Shown: piece after piece, positions 19,963-29,705 of the stretch
Position numbering within the stretch: the stretch's first letter is position 1
Layout of the letters: each line of letters opens with the position of its first letter
Origin: an uncultured Methanosarcinales archaeon
GTDB taxonomy: Archaea; Nanobdellota; Nanobdellia; Woesearchaeales; DSVV01
Assembly (NCBI GenBank): GCA_964452935.1
Contig: CAYVNO010000009.1
Span: 2,106 to 66,105 of the forward strand
DNA: 64,000 bases
Reading direction: 5' to 3'
Program-made: the position numbers and the translations under genes
Notes under the pieces: generated by a model
Databases searched by the model: none
What the model saw: the letters and a program-made list of their open reading frames with translations, nothing else
What the model was told of the DNA's origin: nothing

Positions 19963-21441
19963 TTATGATCGAGCAGTCTTCATAACACGACCACTTCTAC
20001 TAACATGTTTAGGCAGCACATCATAAACCTCATAGCCATTACTCATCGCCTCTTCCCTTGTCAAAGGTTTAATACCATTTTTCTCAAAAACATCATCTAC
20101 CTGTCCTGGACCATAAACTAACCCAACAGGTTCATGCCTTTTTATAGAAGAAGGGTTTAGCTGATGTCTAATAACATCAACGCCTGCATTCAATTTTCTA
20201 ACTAACTCAGATGGAGAATCCCCATAACTACGATGATTAGCTCTTGAATCACAAATCGGATCAAAAGGCATTGGATCACGATGTTTAATCTCTAAACTAA
20301 GAACATGTTTAGCAGGATCAACAACAACAGGATCAGAACCTGAATACACCTTATTATTACGCCAATAACAAGATAACTTAAGAGCAATTTTCATAGAAGG
20401 GTATGGCCAATAATTCTCACCATTCCTGCCATCCTGTATCGCAAACTTAGGAATTTGTTTATAAACATAACATCCCTCATCACGCCTAATAAAACCACAA
20501 CCACCAAAATCATACTCTTGCTTTCCTAACAAAGCATTTATCATTTTTTCATCCAAAAAACTCCCTCTGCCTATTGAAACATGATTCTCAGTAGAATGTT
20601 CAAGTGCCTGAAAGTGTAAACCCTCAATCATCCTAGACATAAGCTGCTCTGTTAAGTTAGAAAAATAATAGGATACAGAGTTTGAAGGAACATAATATCT
20701 CCCATTTAACACAAAAACCATATCTCTTCTTCTCTTTGACGGAACATCACTCTGAGAAATCTTATTCAAAGTATACACCCTATTACTATTAACATATAAC
20801 GGCTGATGACCAATAATTCCTCCAAAAACAGACGGCAGAATATCACTTTCATTGAGTCCCATATCCTTCAAACCATATTTAACACCAACAACAGAATCTG
20901 TCTTTAACTCTTTTCTTTTTTTTTCTAAAAGTTGTTCTCTTAATCTTACATTAACTTCTGTCTCATCTGGTTCTCCAACACCAAACTCTTCCTCTAACCT
21001 TAGTCTCATCGTATTCCTAGCTCTCTCCAAAGGAGTCTCTGTCTCTGTCTCTCCAGTTAACTGTCTAAGCATAGCACTCCCCAAATCACCATATTGGGCA
21101 GCTACTAAGAATGGAACTAACTCATTAACTAAAAAACCAAGCACAAGAACAGAATATCTACCTGAACTATCAAGTTTAGATCTATACTGTCCAACAATAG
21201 AACGCTTAACAAAAGCATCACACTCTTCATCAATAGTTCTTCTTTGTGATTCAATATCTAAAGACTCAAAATAATGAAAAGGCATGGAAGAAGTCAAACC
21301 AAAAGATCTGTCACCAACAATAACTCTATGTAAAGAACCCCTATCATCAGAATCAGAAATACTATAAACTCTATCTCCAAAAAATACAAAAGAGGATTGC
21401 CTCTCGACAATCGCATCCAAAAAAGTTGTTATTTTTGTCAT
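19963..21441 (-). CDS. Hypothetical protein, possible C-terminal E2-like domain
   Basis: C-terminal YP...P.V....H......PICD recalls the UBC HPN..ICL region; operon context. Confidence 0.4.
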   Translation of the reverse strand: MTKITTFLDAIVERQSSFVFFGDRVYSISDSDDRGSLHRVIVGDRSFGLTSSMPFHYFESLDIESQRRTIDEECDAFVKRSIVGQYRSKLDSSGRYSVLVLGFLVNELVPFLVAAQYGDLGSAMLRQLTGETETETPLERARNTMRLRLEEEFGVGEPDETEVNVRLREQLLEKKRKELKTDSVVGVKYGLKDMGLNESDILPSVFGGIIGHQPLYVNSNRVYTLNKISQSDVPSKRRRDMVFVLNGRYYVPSNSVSYYFSNLTEQLMSRMIEGLHFQALEHSTENHVSIGRGSFLDEKMINALLGKQEYDFGGCGFIRRDEGCYVYKQIPKFAIQDGRNGENYWPYPSMKIALKLSCYWRNNKVYSGSDPVVVDPAKHVLSLEIKHRDPMPFDPICDSRANHRSYGDSPSELVRKLNAGVDVIRHQLNPSSIKRHEPVGLVYGPGQVDDVFEKNGIKPLTREEAMSNGYEVYDVLPKHVSRSGRVMKTARS

Positions 21442-21467
21442 CTATCATTCAATCCCTCTCAAAAAAG

Positions 21468-22178
21468 TTAAGCATGGTAATCCTCACGTCTTTGATAACC
21501 TTTTCCAGGACTAATCTCAGCTGATACAACCACATCGAGTGCACTATAAACTTCAATAGGTCTTCCTCCCCGCTCAATTAAAACATGATCTGAAGTCAGA
21601 TCTGATGTAGGTATTACTGCTGGATTACCATCATCTCCCCTAACAAATGTACACAATGTAAGGAAACTATTCAATGAAGAATTTCCTGTAACCTGTTGTC
21701 CATTTGCTGTAACTGTGTATCCATCATGATAAGCTCTAGGCCCTTGTTCTGCAATAACTGCCTTAATAAGAGGACCATCACCTGTTACCTCCTGTCTAAG
21801 TCTATCAACAGGCTCCCTTTGTAATCTATCATCGCCGAGAGTTCGTGCTTCAAAAAAAACAGTAGCTCCTTTTTTTACCGGTTCACCAATAGCATATTTA
21901 ATAACTTGTTCAGCAGTATAACCAAGAACAATATCCCTTTCATCTCCAGTAAAAGAGTATATAAATTTTGAATGCTCGCCACCGTCTTCACAACCTGAAT
22001 AAAAGTTTACCATAATTGGCGTATCACCTACATCTGCTAAACTAAGAGGTGTACTTGAAACATATGAGCTATCTTCTAAACTCCTTGCTCTTTTTCCTCT
22101 ACAATCATCAACCTGAGGTGCATCTTGTTTTGGACCACCTTTATTTTTTCTTCTCCTTCTTCTTCTTTTTTCTGCCAT
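21468..22178 (-). CDS. Hypothetical protein, possible beta-grasp ubiquitin-like modifier
   Basis: TAEQVIKYAI helix, YTVTANGQQV..SSL, final strand LDVVVSAE then PGKG plus a 9-aa extension; operon context. Confidence 0.4.
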   Translation of the reverse strand: MAEKRRRRRRKNKGGPKQDAPQVDDCRGKRARSLEDSSYVSSTPLSLADVGDTPIMVNFYSGCEDGGEHSKFIYSFTGDERDIVLGYTAEQVIKYAIGEPVKKGATVFFEARTLGDDRLQREPVDRLRQEVTGDGPLIKAVIAEQGPRAYHDGYTVTANGQQVTGNSSLNSFLTLCTFVRGDDGNPAVIPTSDLTSDHVLIERGGRPIEVYSALDVVVSAEISPGKGYQRREDYHA

Positions 22179-22235
22179 TTTTCTAAACCTCCCATATGAT
22201 TATCTTACTTTTCATTCACCACTTTTTCAAAATTA

Positions 22236-23219
22236 TTAAGATAAATTGTGATACTTAATCACTCCCCTATCTTTATATATAATGCCTGCTGTCATTACCT
22301 CATCAGGATCTCCATCAACACCTAAATCTTTCATTTGATAAACTAATCTTGTATCAAGATTTGGGTCAACATAAGTTACAACTGCAATATCCCACACCTC
22401 ATCTGGATCATCCATTGACGGTGCTTCAATAACATGCCTTAATACCAAAGGAACCTGAAAATCTTTTCTCCCAAAAATAGGGTCAGGAACAATTATATGT
22501 CCATCATTAGCACAATGAGTTCTCCATTCTCCTTTATTTAACCTACTTTTTTTAAGCTGATCTAATACAAGACTCTCCAAATGAAGATAGGATAACAAAA
22601 CCATATCCGGCACTCCTGGTCCTTTTGTTTGTAACCCGCCAGCACATGCAAACTCTTCATAATCTTTCCCAGCACCAGCACTGACACCTAGCGGATCACT
22701 AGTAATATCAAATTCCAAATCACCTAACCTAAAATTACCATCTAACTCATCAGCTGTCGGATAACCAGACGCAACAACAGGTATTTCCCTTTCTGAAGAA
22801 GAGCCCCAAGGATTTGCAAAACCTATAGCTCTTGCAGGACAATGTTCAGGATCTTCTGGCCTTCTAAAAAATACAAAACTCCCATCTCTATTTTCTGATG
22901 CTGCCCTATCAGCCTCTTCTTCAGCTGCTTTTGTCTTCATTCTTGCAGCCTGATCTAGCCATCCTTGTTGCATCCTATCAAAATAATCATCAATTGTAAC
23001 TCCTCTACCTAAAGTTCTATCAACATACCTCTCAACATAAAAATCAGCCCAGGTTTCACGACCAAGATGTATCCTATTATGACTATATGCTAAATAAACA
23101 GTAGGTCCACCATCCATAGACAACTCAACATGTGGTCCACCCTTTCTTCTAACAATTCTATGATTGACCTTATTCCTTTTCTTTGCTTTCTCATCTTGAA
23201 ACATTTTAGTCTGACCCAT
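22236..23219 (-). CDS. Hypothetical protein, first gene of the E1/JAB cluster
   Basis: 327-aa ORF co-oriented with the cluster; no family recognised. Confidence 0.6.
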   Translation of the reverse strand: MGQTKMFQDEKAKKRNKVNHRIVRRKGGPHVELSMDGGPTVYLAYSHNRIHLGRETWADFYVERYVDRTLGRGVTIDDYFDRMQQGWLDQAARMKTKAAEEEADRAASENRDGSFVFFRRPEDPEHCPARAIGFANPWGSSSEREIPVVASGYPTADELDGNFRLGDLEFDITSDPLGVSAGAGKDYEEFACAGGLQTKGPGVPDMVLLSYLHLESLVLDQLKKSRLNKGEWRTHCANDGHIIVPDPIFGRKDFQVPLVLRHVIEAPSMDDPDEVWDIAVVTYVDPNLDTRLVYQMKDLGVDGDPDEVMTAGIIYKDRGVIKYHNLS

Positions 23220-23324
23220 TATAAACCAGCAATATATAAATTATATAAATAATCCAAGCAAAGAAAGAGCTAACTATTTATATATTTTACTCAGTAGGGG
23301 TAAAAATACCGCCCACAAACAGAG

Positions 23325-23350
23325 TTTTCGTCACAACCTTATGACGAAAA
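23325..23350 (-). terminator. Hairpin immediately after the valS stop
   Basis: TTTTCGTCA/TGACGAAAA 9-bp perfect stem. Confidence 0.45.
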
Positions 23351-23351
23351 T

Positions 23352-25760
23352 TCACTTTTTCTCTTCAACTAAATCAATCTCAATATTAAACTTCCCAACC
23401 TTATAAGAAATAATCTTTGCCTTTGTTGTAGCAATTAAATCATCTTTCACAGATTCCAACATCTTTTTTTCATCAGAAGAACAAGTAATACTTAAAACCT
23501 CAATCTCTGTTTTCAAAGAAACCTTTGCATCTGATTTCATTTTCCTAACAGCTGCAACAACATCAACCATTAAATCCCCAACCTTCTCAACATCTTCATC
23601 AATCAACTTAACATCAGACTCTGGCCATTTAGAAATATGAATACTATCGCACTTCTCTTTCTTAGAAAAGTATTGTTGATAAACACCCTCAGTTACATAA
23701 GGCATTATTGGTGCTAATAATTTCAAACATGTTAAAACAGAAGTGTATAAAGTAAACTGCGCAGATTCCCTAGCTTTTTTTCCTCTTTTCTCAACATTAT
23801 ATATCCTATCTTTGATAATTTCTAAATAATTATCACAAAGAGTATGCCAGAAAAACTTCTCAACATTCATCTTTGTTTTTGCATACTCATACTCTTCAAA
23901 AGTATCTGTACTATCAATAATAATTCTATTTAGTTTTGATAACATCCATCTATCAATAACTTCTAACTCACATTTTTTAGGAGTGTAATCCGTCAAATGC
24001 ATTAACGCAAACCTTGAAGCATTCCAAAGCTTTGTTACCATTTTTTTACCAGTAACAATATCTTTTTCCTGATAAGGTAAATCTTCTCCTAACTTCGAAC
24101 CAGCAGCCCAAAATCTTAAAGCATCTGCCCCATATTTCTCAATAACCTCTTGAGGCCTAACAACATTCCCTTTACTTTTGCTCATCTTTTTCCCTTTTGG
24201 GTCTAAAGCAAAACCAGAGATCATAATATTTTTCCAAGGATTTTTATTTTCATGTAATTGTGACTTCACCATTGTATTAAACAACCAAAAGGTGATAATA
24301 TCATGTGCTTGGGGTCTTAAATCCATCGGAAATAATTTTTTATAAACAGAACTTCCTTTCATAAGTTCAACTGCTAATTGTGGTGTTAACGACGAAGTTG
24401 CCCAAGTATCCATAACATCCCCTTCTGGCTCAAACTTATCACTTCCGCATTTACATTTCTTCTTTGGTTTATCAACTAACGGATCCACTGGAAGATCTTT
24501 AACATTAGCAATTATAATCTCTCCGCAACTCTTACAATACCAAACTGGGAATGGAACACCATAATGTCTCTGTCTAGAAATACACCAATCCCATTGCAAA
24601 CCTTTGATCCAGTGATCTAATCTAACTTTCATATATTCCGGAAACCATTTCATCTGTTTCCCGCATTCAAAAAAATGATCTTTCAAATCTAAATATTTAA
24701 TAAACCACTGCTTTGTATTCAGAATCTCAACCTCTGTTCCACATCTTTCATGAACATTAACAGGGTGAGTAATTTTTTTCTCCTTAACCAATAAGTTATT
24801 CTTTCTTAAATCTTCAATAACTTCTTTTCTTGCCTCTTTTAATTTCAAACCCTCATATTTTCCTGCATTTGCATTCATCTTTCCATCTTCTGTTACTGAC
24901 ATTATTAGAGGTAACTTATGGGCTTTATACCATTCAATATCTGTCTGATCTCCAAAAGTACAACACATTACAACACCAGTTCCTTTTTCAGGATCAGCTT
25001 TCCTATCCGCAATAATTGGAACCTTTCTCTCAAACAAAGGAACTCTTGCCTTCTTACCAATAATCTGTTTATACCTTTCATCGTCAGGATTAACAAAAAC
25101 AGCAACACAACTTGACAACAACTCAGGTCTTGTCGTAGCTATAATTAAATCACAATCATCCATCTTGAAAATAATATCATTAAACTGACTCTCTAACTCC
25201 TTATCCTCTAACTCAACTTGTGCTATGGCAGTTTGGCACTGAGGACACCACATTGTTGGCGCCTCTTTTCTATACTCTCTTCCTGCTTTATACAAATCAA
25301 TAAAAGATTTCTGAGAAATTCTTCTTGAATGTTCATCAATAGTTGAATAAAAAATATCAAAATCACAACTTATTCCAATTTTTTTCCAATCTTCAATATA
25401 TTGTGGCCTTAATTTATCAATTGTTTTCAAACAGAGTTTAATAAAATCCTGTCTTTTCATCCTCTTTGACTTTACTTTATTCATCTTCTCAACAAGTTTC
25501 TCTGTTGGCAACCCATTATCATCAGTACCAAAAGGATAGAAAACATTAAACCCTTTCATTCTTTTATATCTAATAACAAAATCTTGTTGAGCATAACTGA
25601 ATGCATGACCCATATGCATCTCCCCTGAAACAGTCGGAGGAGGAGTATCTACAGAATAGATTGGCTTCTTACTAGTAGGATTAAACTTAAAGATGTTTTT
25701 ATCTTTCCAAAAAGCCTGTATCCTTGGCTCATCTGATTTAAAGTCATATTTGTCTTGCAT
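23352..25760 (-). CDS. valS: Valine-tRNA ligase (archaeal type)
   Basis: DTPPPTVSG, HMGH, DWCISRQR, LRPQAHDII, KMSKS. Confidence 0.97.
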   Translation of the reverse strand: MQDKYDFKSDEPRIQAFWKDKNIFKFNPTSKKPIYSVDTPPPTVSGEMHMGHAFSYAQQDFVIRYKRMKGFNVFYPFGTDDNGLPTEKLVEKMNKVKSKRMKRQDFIKLCLKTIDKLRPQYIEDWKKIGISCDFDIFYSTIDEHSRRISQKSFIDLYKAGREYRKEAPTMWCPQCQTAIAQVELEDKELESQFNDIIFKMDDCDLIIATTRPELLSSCVAVFVNPDDERYKQIIGKKARVPLFERKVPIIADRKADPEKGTGVVMCCTFGDQTDIEWYKAHKLPLIMSVTEDGKMNANAGKYEGLKLKEARKEVIEDLRKNNLLVKEKKITHPVNVHERCGTEVEILNTKQWFIKYLDLKDHFFECGKQMKWFPEYMKVRLDHWIKGLQWDWCISRQRHYGVPFPVWYCKSCGEIIIANVKDLPVDPLVDKPKKKCKCGSDKFEPEGDVMDTWATSSLTPQLAVELMKGSSVYKKLFPMDLRPQAHDIITFWLFNTMVKSQLHENKNPWKNIMISGFALDPKGKKMSKSKGNVVRPQEVIEKYGADALRFWAAGSKLGEDLPYQEKDIVTGKKMVTKLWNASRFALMHLTDYTPKKCELEVIDRWMLSKLNRIIIDSTDTFEEYEYAKTKMNVEKFFWHTLCDNYLEIIKDRIYNVEKRGKKARESAQFTLYTSVLTCLKLLAPIMPYVTEGVYQQYFSKKEKCDSIHISKWPESDVKLIDEDVEKVGDLMVDVVAAVRKMKSDAKVSLKTEIEVLSITCSSDEKKMLESVKDDLIATTKAKIISYKVGKFNIEIDLVEEKK

Positions 25761-25824
25761 AGTTTAAAAAGAACACATTGAATATTTATAAATTTAATGG
25801 AAGAACTACAAAGCCAACACATGC

Positions 25825-25921
25825 GACACTGCTGTCAAGCGAAGTCCAAATTTTCAACATTAAACTTATTATAATTACTAAACACATCAAACCACTCAAT
25901 AGAACGGAGCACAGCAGTGTC
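25825..25921. repeat. 11-bp inverted repeat in the valS/sigma divergent intergenic region
   Basis: GACACTGCTGT (25825-25835) and ACAGCAGTGTC (25911-25921). Confidence 0.6.
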
Positions 25922-26006
25922 ACGAACCAAAGCCATTGGCATAGTCTCTAAATCAATATAAACAATATAGTATATATTTATAAATAAACCCCAATTACTT
26001 TAATAT

Positions 26007-27671
26007 ATGGGAATCGGAGATATAACCACAGACATGGATGATAATCTAGAATATATGGAACAAGAAGAACTAGAAGAAGCAAGTGATCTAGAAGAGATAG
26101 ACGATGCAGAAAACCCTGTTGACATACCAAAAGAAGGAGAAGTATCAGAAGGAGACAACGGTTCATCAGTTGGCTTAGAAGCATTAACTCATATCTATAG
26201 AAAGCAGCTAGAACCACAAGAAAGCCCATATGAAAAAGAACATAAAAAAGCAGATAGAGAAGAAATATCTAAAAGCCCAACATATGCATATATGAGGGGG
26301 ATGGGAAAATATCCACTCTTATCAAGAGATGATGAAATAGAACTAGCAAAAAGAATAGAAGCTGGCCTAACTTACGGAGAATTTATTCTTATAAATGAAG
26401 AAACACTAGAATACGCAGTAGAAGCATACATAACAGCAGTTGTAAAAAAACCAAAAGATGAAAAACCAATTAGAGAATATGTTGAAAATGCAGAAACATC
26501 TGACGCAGTTATATATGTAAGAGAATTATATGAAGCCGAAAAAAGACAACACGGCAAAAGAGTTCCTGCATTAAATCAGTTAAGAAATCAAATCTATGCT
26601 TATTTCAAAGAAGCAGTTCTAGAACAAATAACAGCAGAAACTGTAGAGACAACCGCAAGTTTTTTTCATAGAAAAAGTGGAAGAAGAGAAAGAGAAGCAT
26701 ACATCAGCGAACTAGGAACAAATAAGCATAATACAAAAAGAATAGTAGAAACAACTAAAAAATATGCTAGAACACTACCAATCCACAAATTATTCGAATT
26801 ATACCAAGAACTAGATGAAAGACATGATAACGGGAATAACACATTAGACACAATAACAAGTATGCACCTTTTTGAAAGAAGAAATATATACAACGATAAA
26901 CTAGGAAATTATAAAACACATGATAGTCTTGCAGCAAAAGAAGATTTAATAACGGCAAATCTCAGACTTGTCGTAAGTATCGCAAAAAGATACACATATC
27001 ATGGAATCCCACTTTTAGATCTAGTCCAAGAAGGAAATATAGGTTTAATGAGAGCTACTGAAAAGTTCGAACACCGAAGAGGATACAAATTCTCAACATA
27101 TGCTCATTGGTGGATCAGACAAGCAATAACTAGATCAATCGCAGACACAAAAGGAACAATAAGAATTCCTGTACACCTAAGAGAAGTAATAAATAAAATA
27201 GACAGATTTGAGAGAAATTTCTTAACAACTGAAGGAAGAGGACCAACTATAGATGAAATCGCAGCCCAGATAGAAAAACCACTCAAAAAAACAAAAGAAA
27301 TCCTAGAATCCATGAGACTAGGAAAAACATACTCATTAGATGCAAAACCTTCAGGAACAGGAGAAGAAGAAACAAGTACGCTCGGAGATTTTATACCAGA
27401 CACTAATGTAGCTAGTTCAGATGAAATATTAACAGAAAATCAACTCCGTGATAGAACAAGAGAAGTACTCTCAAAACTAACACCAAGAGAAGAAAGAGTT
27501 CTAAGATTAAGAATGGGGATAGGAGTAGAAGGTGGAACCCAATCACTAGAAGAAGTAGGACAAGAATTCCAAGTAACAAGAGAAAGAATCAGACAAATAG
27601 AAGCAAAAGCATTAAGAAAACTCAGACACCCCTCTAGAGCTGAGCTACTGAGAATATTTGCTGAAGACTAA
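26007..27671 (+). CDS. rpoD: RpoD-like (group 1) sigma-70 factor
   Basis: Region 1.2 [24 protein letters not shown]; region 2 [28 protein letters not shown]...[15 protein letters not shown]; region 3 IRIPVH; region 4 [28 protein letters not shown]. Confidence 0.93.
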   Translation: MGIGDITTDMDDNLEYMEQEELEEASDLEEIDDAENPVDIPKEGEVSEGDNGSSVGLEALTHIYRKQLEPQESPYEKEHKKADREEISKSPTYAYMRGMGKYPLLSRDDEIELAKRIEAGLTYGEFILINEETLEYAVEAYITAVVKKPKDEKPIREYVENAETSDAVIYVRELYEAEKRQHGKRVPALNQLRNQIYAYFKEAVLEQITAETVETTASFFHRKSGRREREAYISELGTNKHNTKRIVETTKKYARTLPIHKLFELYQELDERHDNGNNTLDTITSMHLFERRNIYNDKLGNYKTHDSLAAKEDLITANLRLVVSIAKRYTYHGIPLLDLVQEGNIGLMRATEKFEHRRGYKFSTYAHWWIRQAITRSIADTKGTIRIPVHLREVINKIDRFERNFLTTEGRGPTIDEIAAQIEKPLKKTKEILESMRLGKTYSLDAKPSGTGEEETSTLGDFIPDTNVASSDEILTENQLRDRTREVLSKLTPREERVLRLRMGIGVEGGTQSLEEVGQEFQVTRERIRQIEAKALRKLRHPSRAELLRIFAED

Positions 27672-27709
27672 ACAATAAACTTAATAAATCACTCATTCTT
27701 CCAATTTCT

Positions 27710-28930
27710 ATGGACAATTCTAACCAACCATGGATTCATAAATATAAACCAAACACTCTAGAACACCTAGAAGCACACAAAGAAGCAGTTAGATCTTTAA
27801 AACTATTCATAAACAATTTCAAAAAAGAAAGAAAAAAAGCAGTTCTAATTCATGGACCTTCTGGCTGCGGGAAAACAGCAGCAGCTCACGCATTAGCAAA
27901 CGATCTAAACATAGAAATCATTGAAATAAATGCATCTGATGTTAGAAATGAAAAAGCAATCTCTTCATTACTAGGAAACGTAACAAAACAACAATCATTA
28001 TTCTCAAAAGGAAAAATCATTCTTGTAGATGAAATTGATGGAGTTTCTGGGAAAAAAGACAGAGGAGGAATTAACGCATTAGTTTCAATAATAAAAACAA
28101 CAGGGTTCCCAATAATAATGACTGCACAGAATCCGTACGATAAAAAATTCAATAAACTAAGAACAGCCTCAACATTAATACAATTCGAACCATTAGATTA
28201 CATGTCTGTATTCAATATCCTAAAAAGAATTTCAAGAGAAGAAGATATAAAACACAACGACACAGACGTGAAAGTACTCTCTAGATATATCGGCGGAGAC
28301 GCAAGAGCAGCAATAAACGATCTACAAACATTAACACAATCAAAAAAAGAGTTAACAAGAAAAGATATCGACACATTAGCACAAAGATTCCAGACAGAAT
28401 CAATTCTAAAAGCTTTAGTAAAAGTATTCAAAGTTACTGATCCACAAATCGCACAAAGAGCATTTGATAATATAAACGAAGACTTTGATCAAACAATGTT
28501 ATGGCTAGATGAAAACCTCCCAACAGAATACAAAGATCCAGAAGATCTAGCAAGGGCATACGATTGTCTAAGCAGAGCAGATGTTTTTAGAGGAAGAATT
28601 AGAAGATGGCAGTATTGGAGGTTTCTTGTTTATATGAAAAACATGATGACATCAGGCGTGGCTTTAAGCAAAAGACAAAAATATCCTGGCTTCACATCAT
28701 ACAAACCTACTCAAAGAATTCTCACACTATGGAAAGCAAAGATGAAATACATGAAAAGAAAAGCCATAGCAAAGAAAATAGCAGAAAAAACACATTCTTC
28801 ATCAAAAGAGGTAATTCAAAACACACTCCCATTCATAAAAGAGATGATAAAACAAGACCAAAAAATGGCTTCTGAACTAGAAGAATACTTTGACTTAGAC
28901 AAAGACGAAGTAATGTGGATGAAGAGATAG
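27710..28930 (+). CDS. rfcL: Replication factor C large subunit
   Basis: PWIHKYKP, GPSGCGKT, EINASD, DEIDG, GDARAAINDLQ, WLDEN, GRIRRWQYW. Confidence 0.95.
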   Translation: MDNSNQPWIHKYKPNTLEHLEAHKEAVRSLKLFINNFKKERKKAVLIHGPSGCGKTAAAHALANDLNIEIIEINASDVRNEKAISSLLGNVTKQQSLFSKGKIILVDEIDGVSGKKDRGGINALVSIIKTTGFPIIMTAQNPYDKKFNKLRTASTLIQFEPLDYMSVFNILKRISREEDIKHNDTDVKVLSRYIGGDARAAINDLQTLTQSKKELTRKDIDTLAQRFQTESILKALVKVFKVTDPQIAQRAFDNINEDFDQTMLWLDENLPTEYKDPEDLARAYDCLSRADVFRGRIRRWQYWRFLVYMKNMMTSGVALSKRQKYPGFTSYKPTQRILTLWKAKMKYMKRKAIAKKIAEKTHSSSKEVIQNTLPFIKEMIKQDQKMASELEEYFDLDKDEVMWMKR

Positions 28931-28974
28931 CTTTTTAAAATTATCCGGAATTCTTCCTACTCAAACCAAAATTC

Positions 28975-29005
28975 TTCCGATTTCCAACAAGATATTTCCG
29001 ATTTT
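28975..29005. repeat. 31-bp dispersed repeat, copy A
   Basis: TTCCGATTTCCAACAAGATATTTCCGATTTT; 27/31 identical to 41421-41451. Confidence 0.75.
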
Positions 29006-29124
29006 TTCACAATAATACATATAAAAAACACAAATCACCAATTCTCAATGTCATTACAAACAGAAAATTTTATATATAAGTATATATTAAACAGATATAA
29101 CTATATACCTAAAATAAATACAAA

Positions 29125-29394
29125 ATGGCAAAAACAATACAAATCGAAAAAACACATTCCCCCACATTAAATACTATCTATATGGTAGAGGAAACACTAA
29201 AAGATGGAGAATTAATAACACTCGCAGAATTAAAAAGAAAACTTCCAAAGAAAGTTATGCACAACACATTACTACAAATACTTGATTATCTACAAATCAG
29301 CGGGAAAATATTAATTGGTACAAAAGGAATACTATGGATTTTTACAGAAAGAAAAGAGCTGAACAGATTAATAGAAAAAGGAACAGAGGTTTAA
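29125..29394 (+). CDS. Winged-HTH protein, probable antitoxin
   Basis: PTLNTIYMVE..ITLAELKRKLPKKVMHNTLLQILDYL; directly upstream of a RelE-like ORF. Confidence 0.65.
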   Translation: MAKTIQIEKTHSPTLNTIYMVEETLKDGELITLAELKRKLPKKVMHNTLLQILDYLQISGKILIGTKGILWIFTERKELNRLIEKGTEV

Positions 29395-29705
29395 CTAGAA
29401 ATATAAGAATCATTCTCCTAGACAACGCAGAAAAAATATACAAAACAACAAAAGATAAGAAATTACTCAATTCTATAAAACAAAAGATTGAATTTATCAA
29501 AAACAACCCATTCTATGGAAATAATATACCAAAAGACAGAATGCCAAGAAGTTACAACTGTCAAAACCTGTGGAGAACTCATTTACATGACTACTGGAGA
29601 CTATTATATACAATCAAAGGAGATGAAAAAGAAATAATATGCTTCATCGTAGATATTCTCAACCATAAAGATTATAATAAGAAATTCGGCTATAGAAAAA
29701 AGTGA
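29334..29705 (+). CDS. RelE/ParE-like toxin (start uncertain)
   Basis: IEFIKNNPFYG, NLWR..L..YWRLLYTI, IVDILNHKDY. Confidence 0.6.
   Translation: MDFYRKKRAEQINRKRNRGLTRNIRIILLDNAEKIYKTTKDKKLLNSIKQKIEFIKNNPFYGNNIPKDRMPRSYNCQNLWRTHLHDYWRLLYTIKGDEKEIICFIVDILNHKDYNKKFGYRKK

Noticed and set aside
25866-25875. TATAAT as a sigma-70 -10 promoter for the sigma gene
   Set aside because: There is no -35 match at 17 bp, and TATAAT is expected by chance in this AT-rich DNA.
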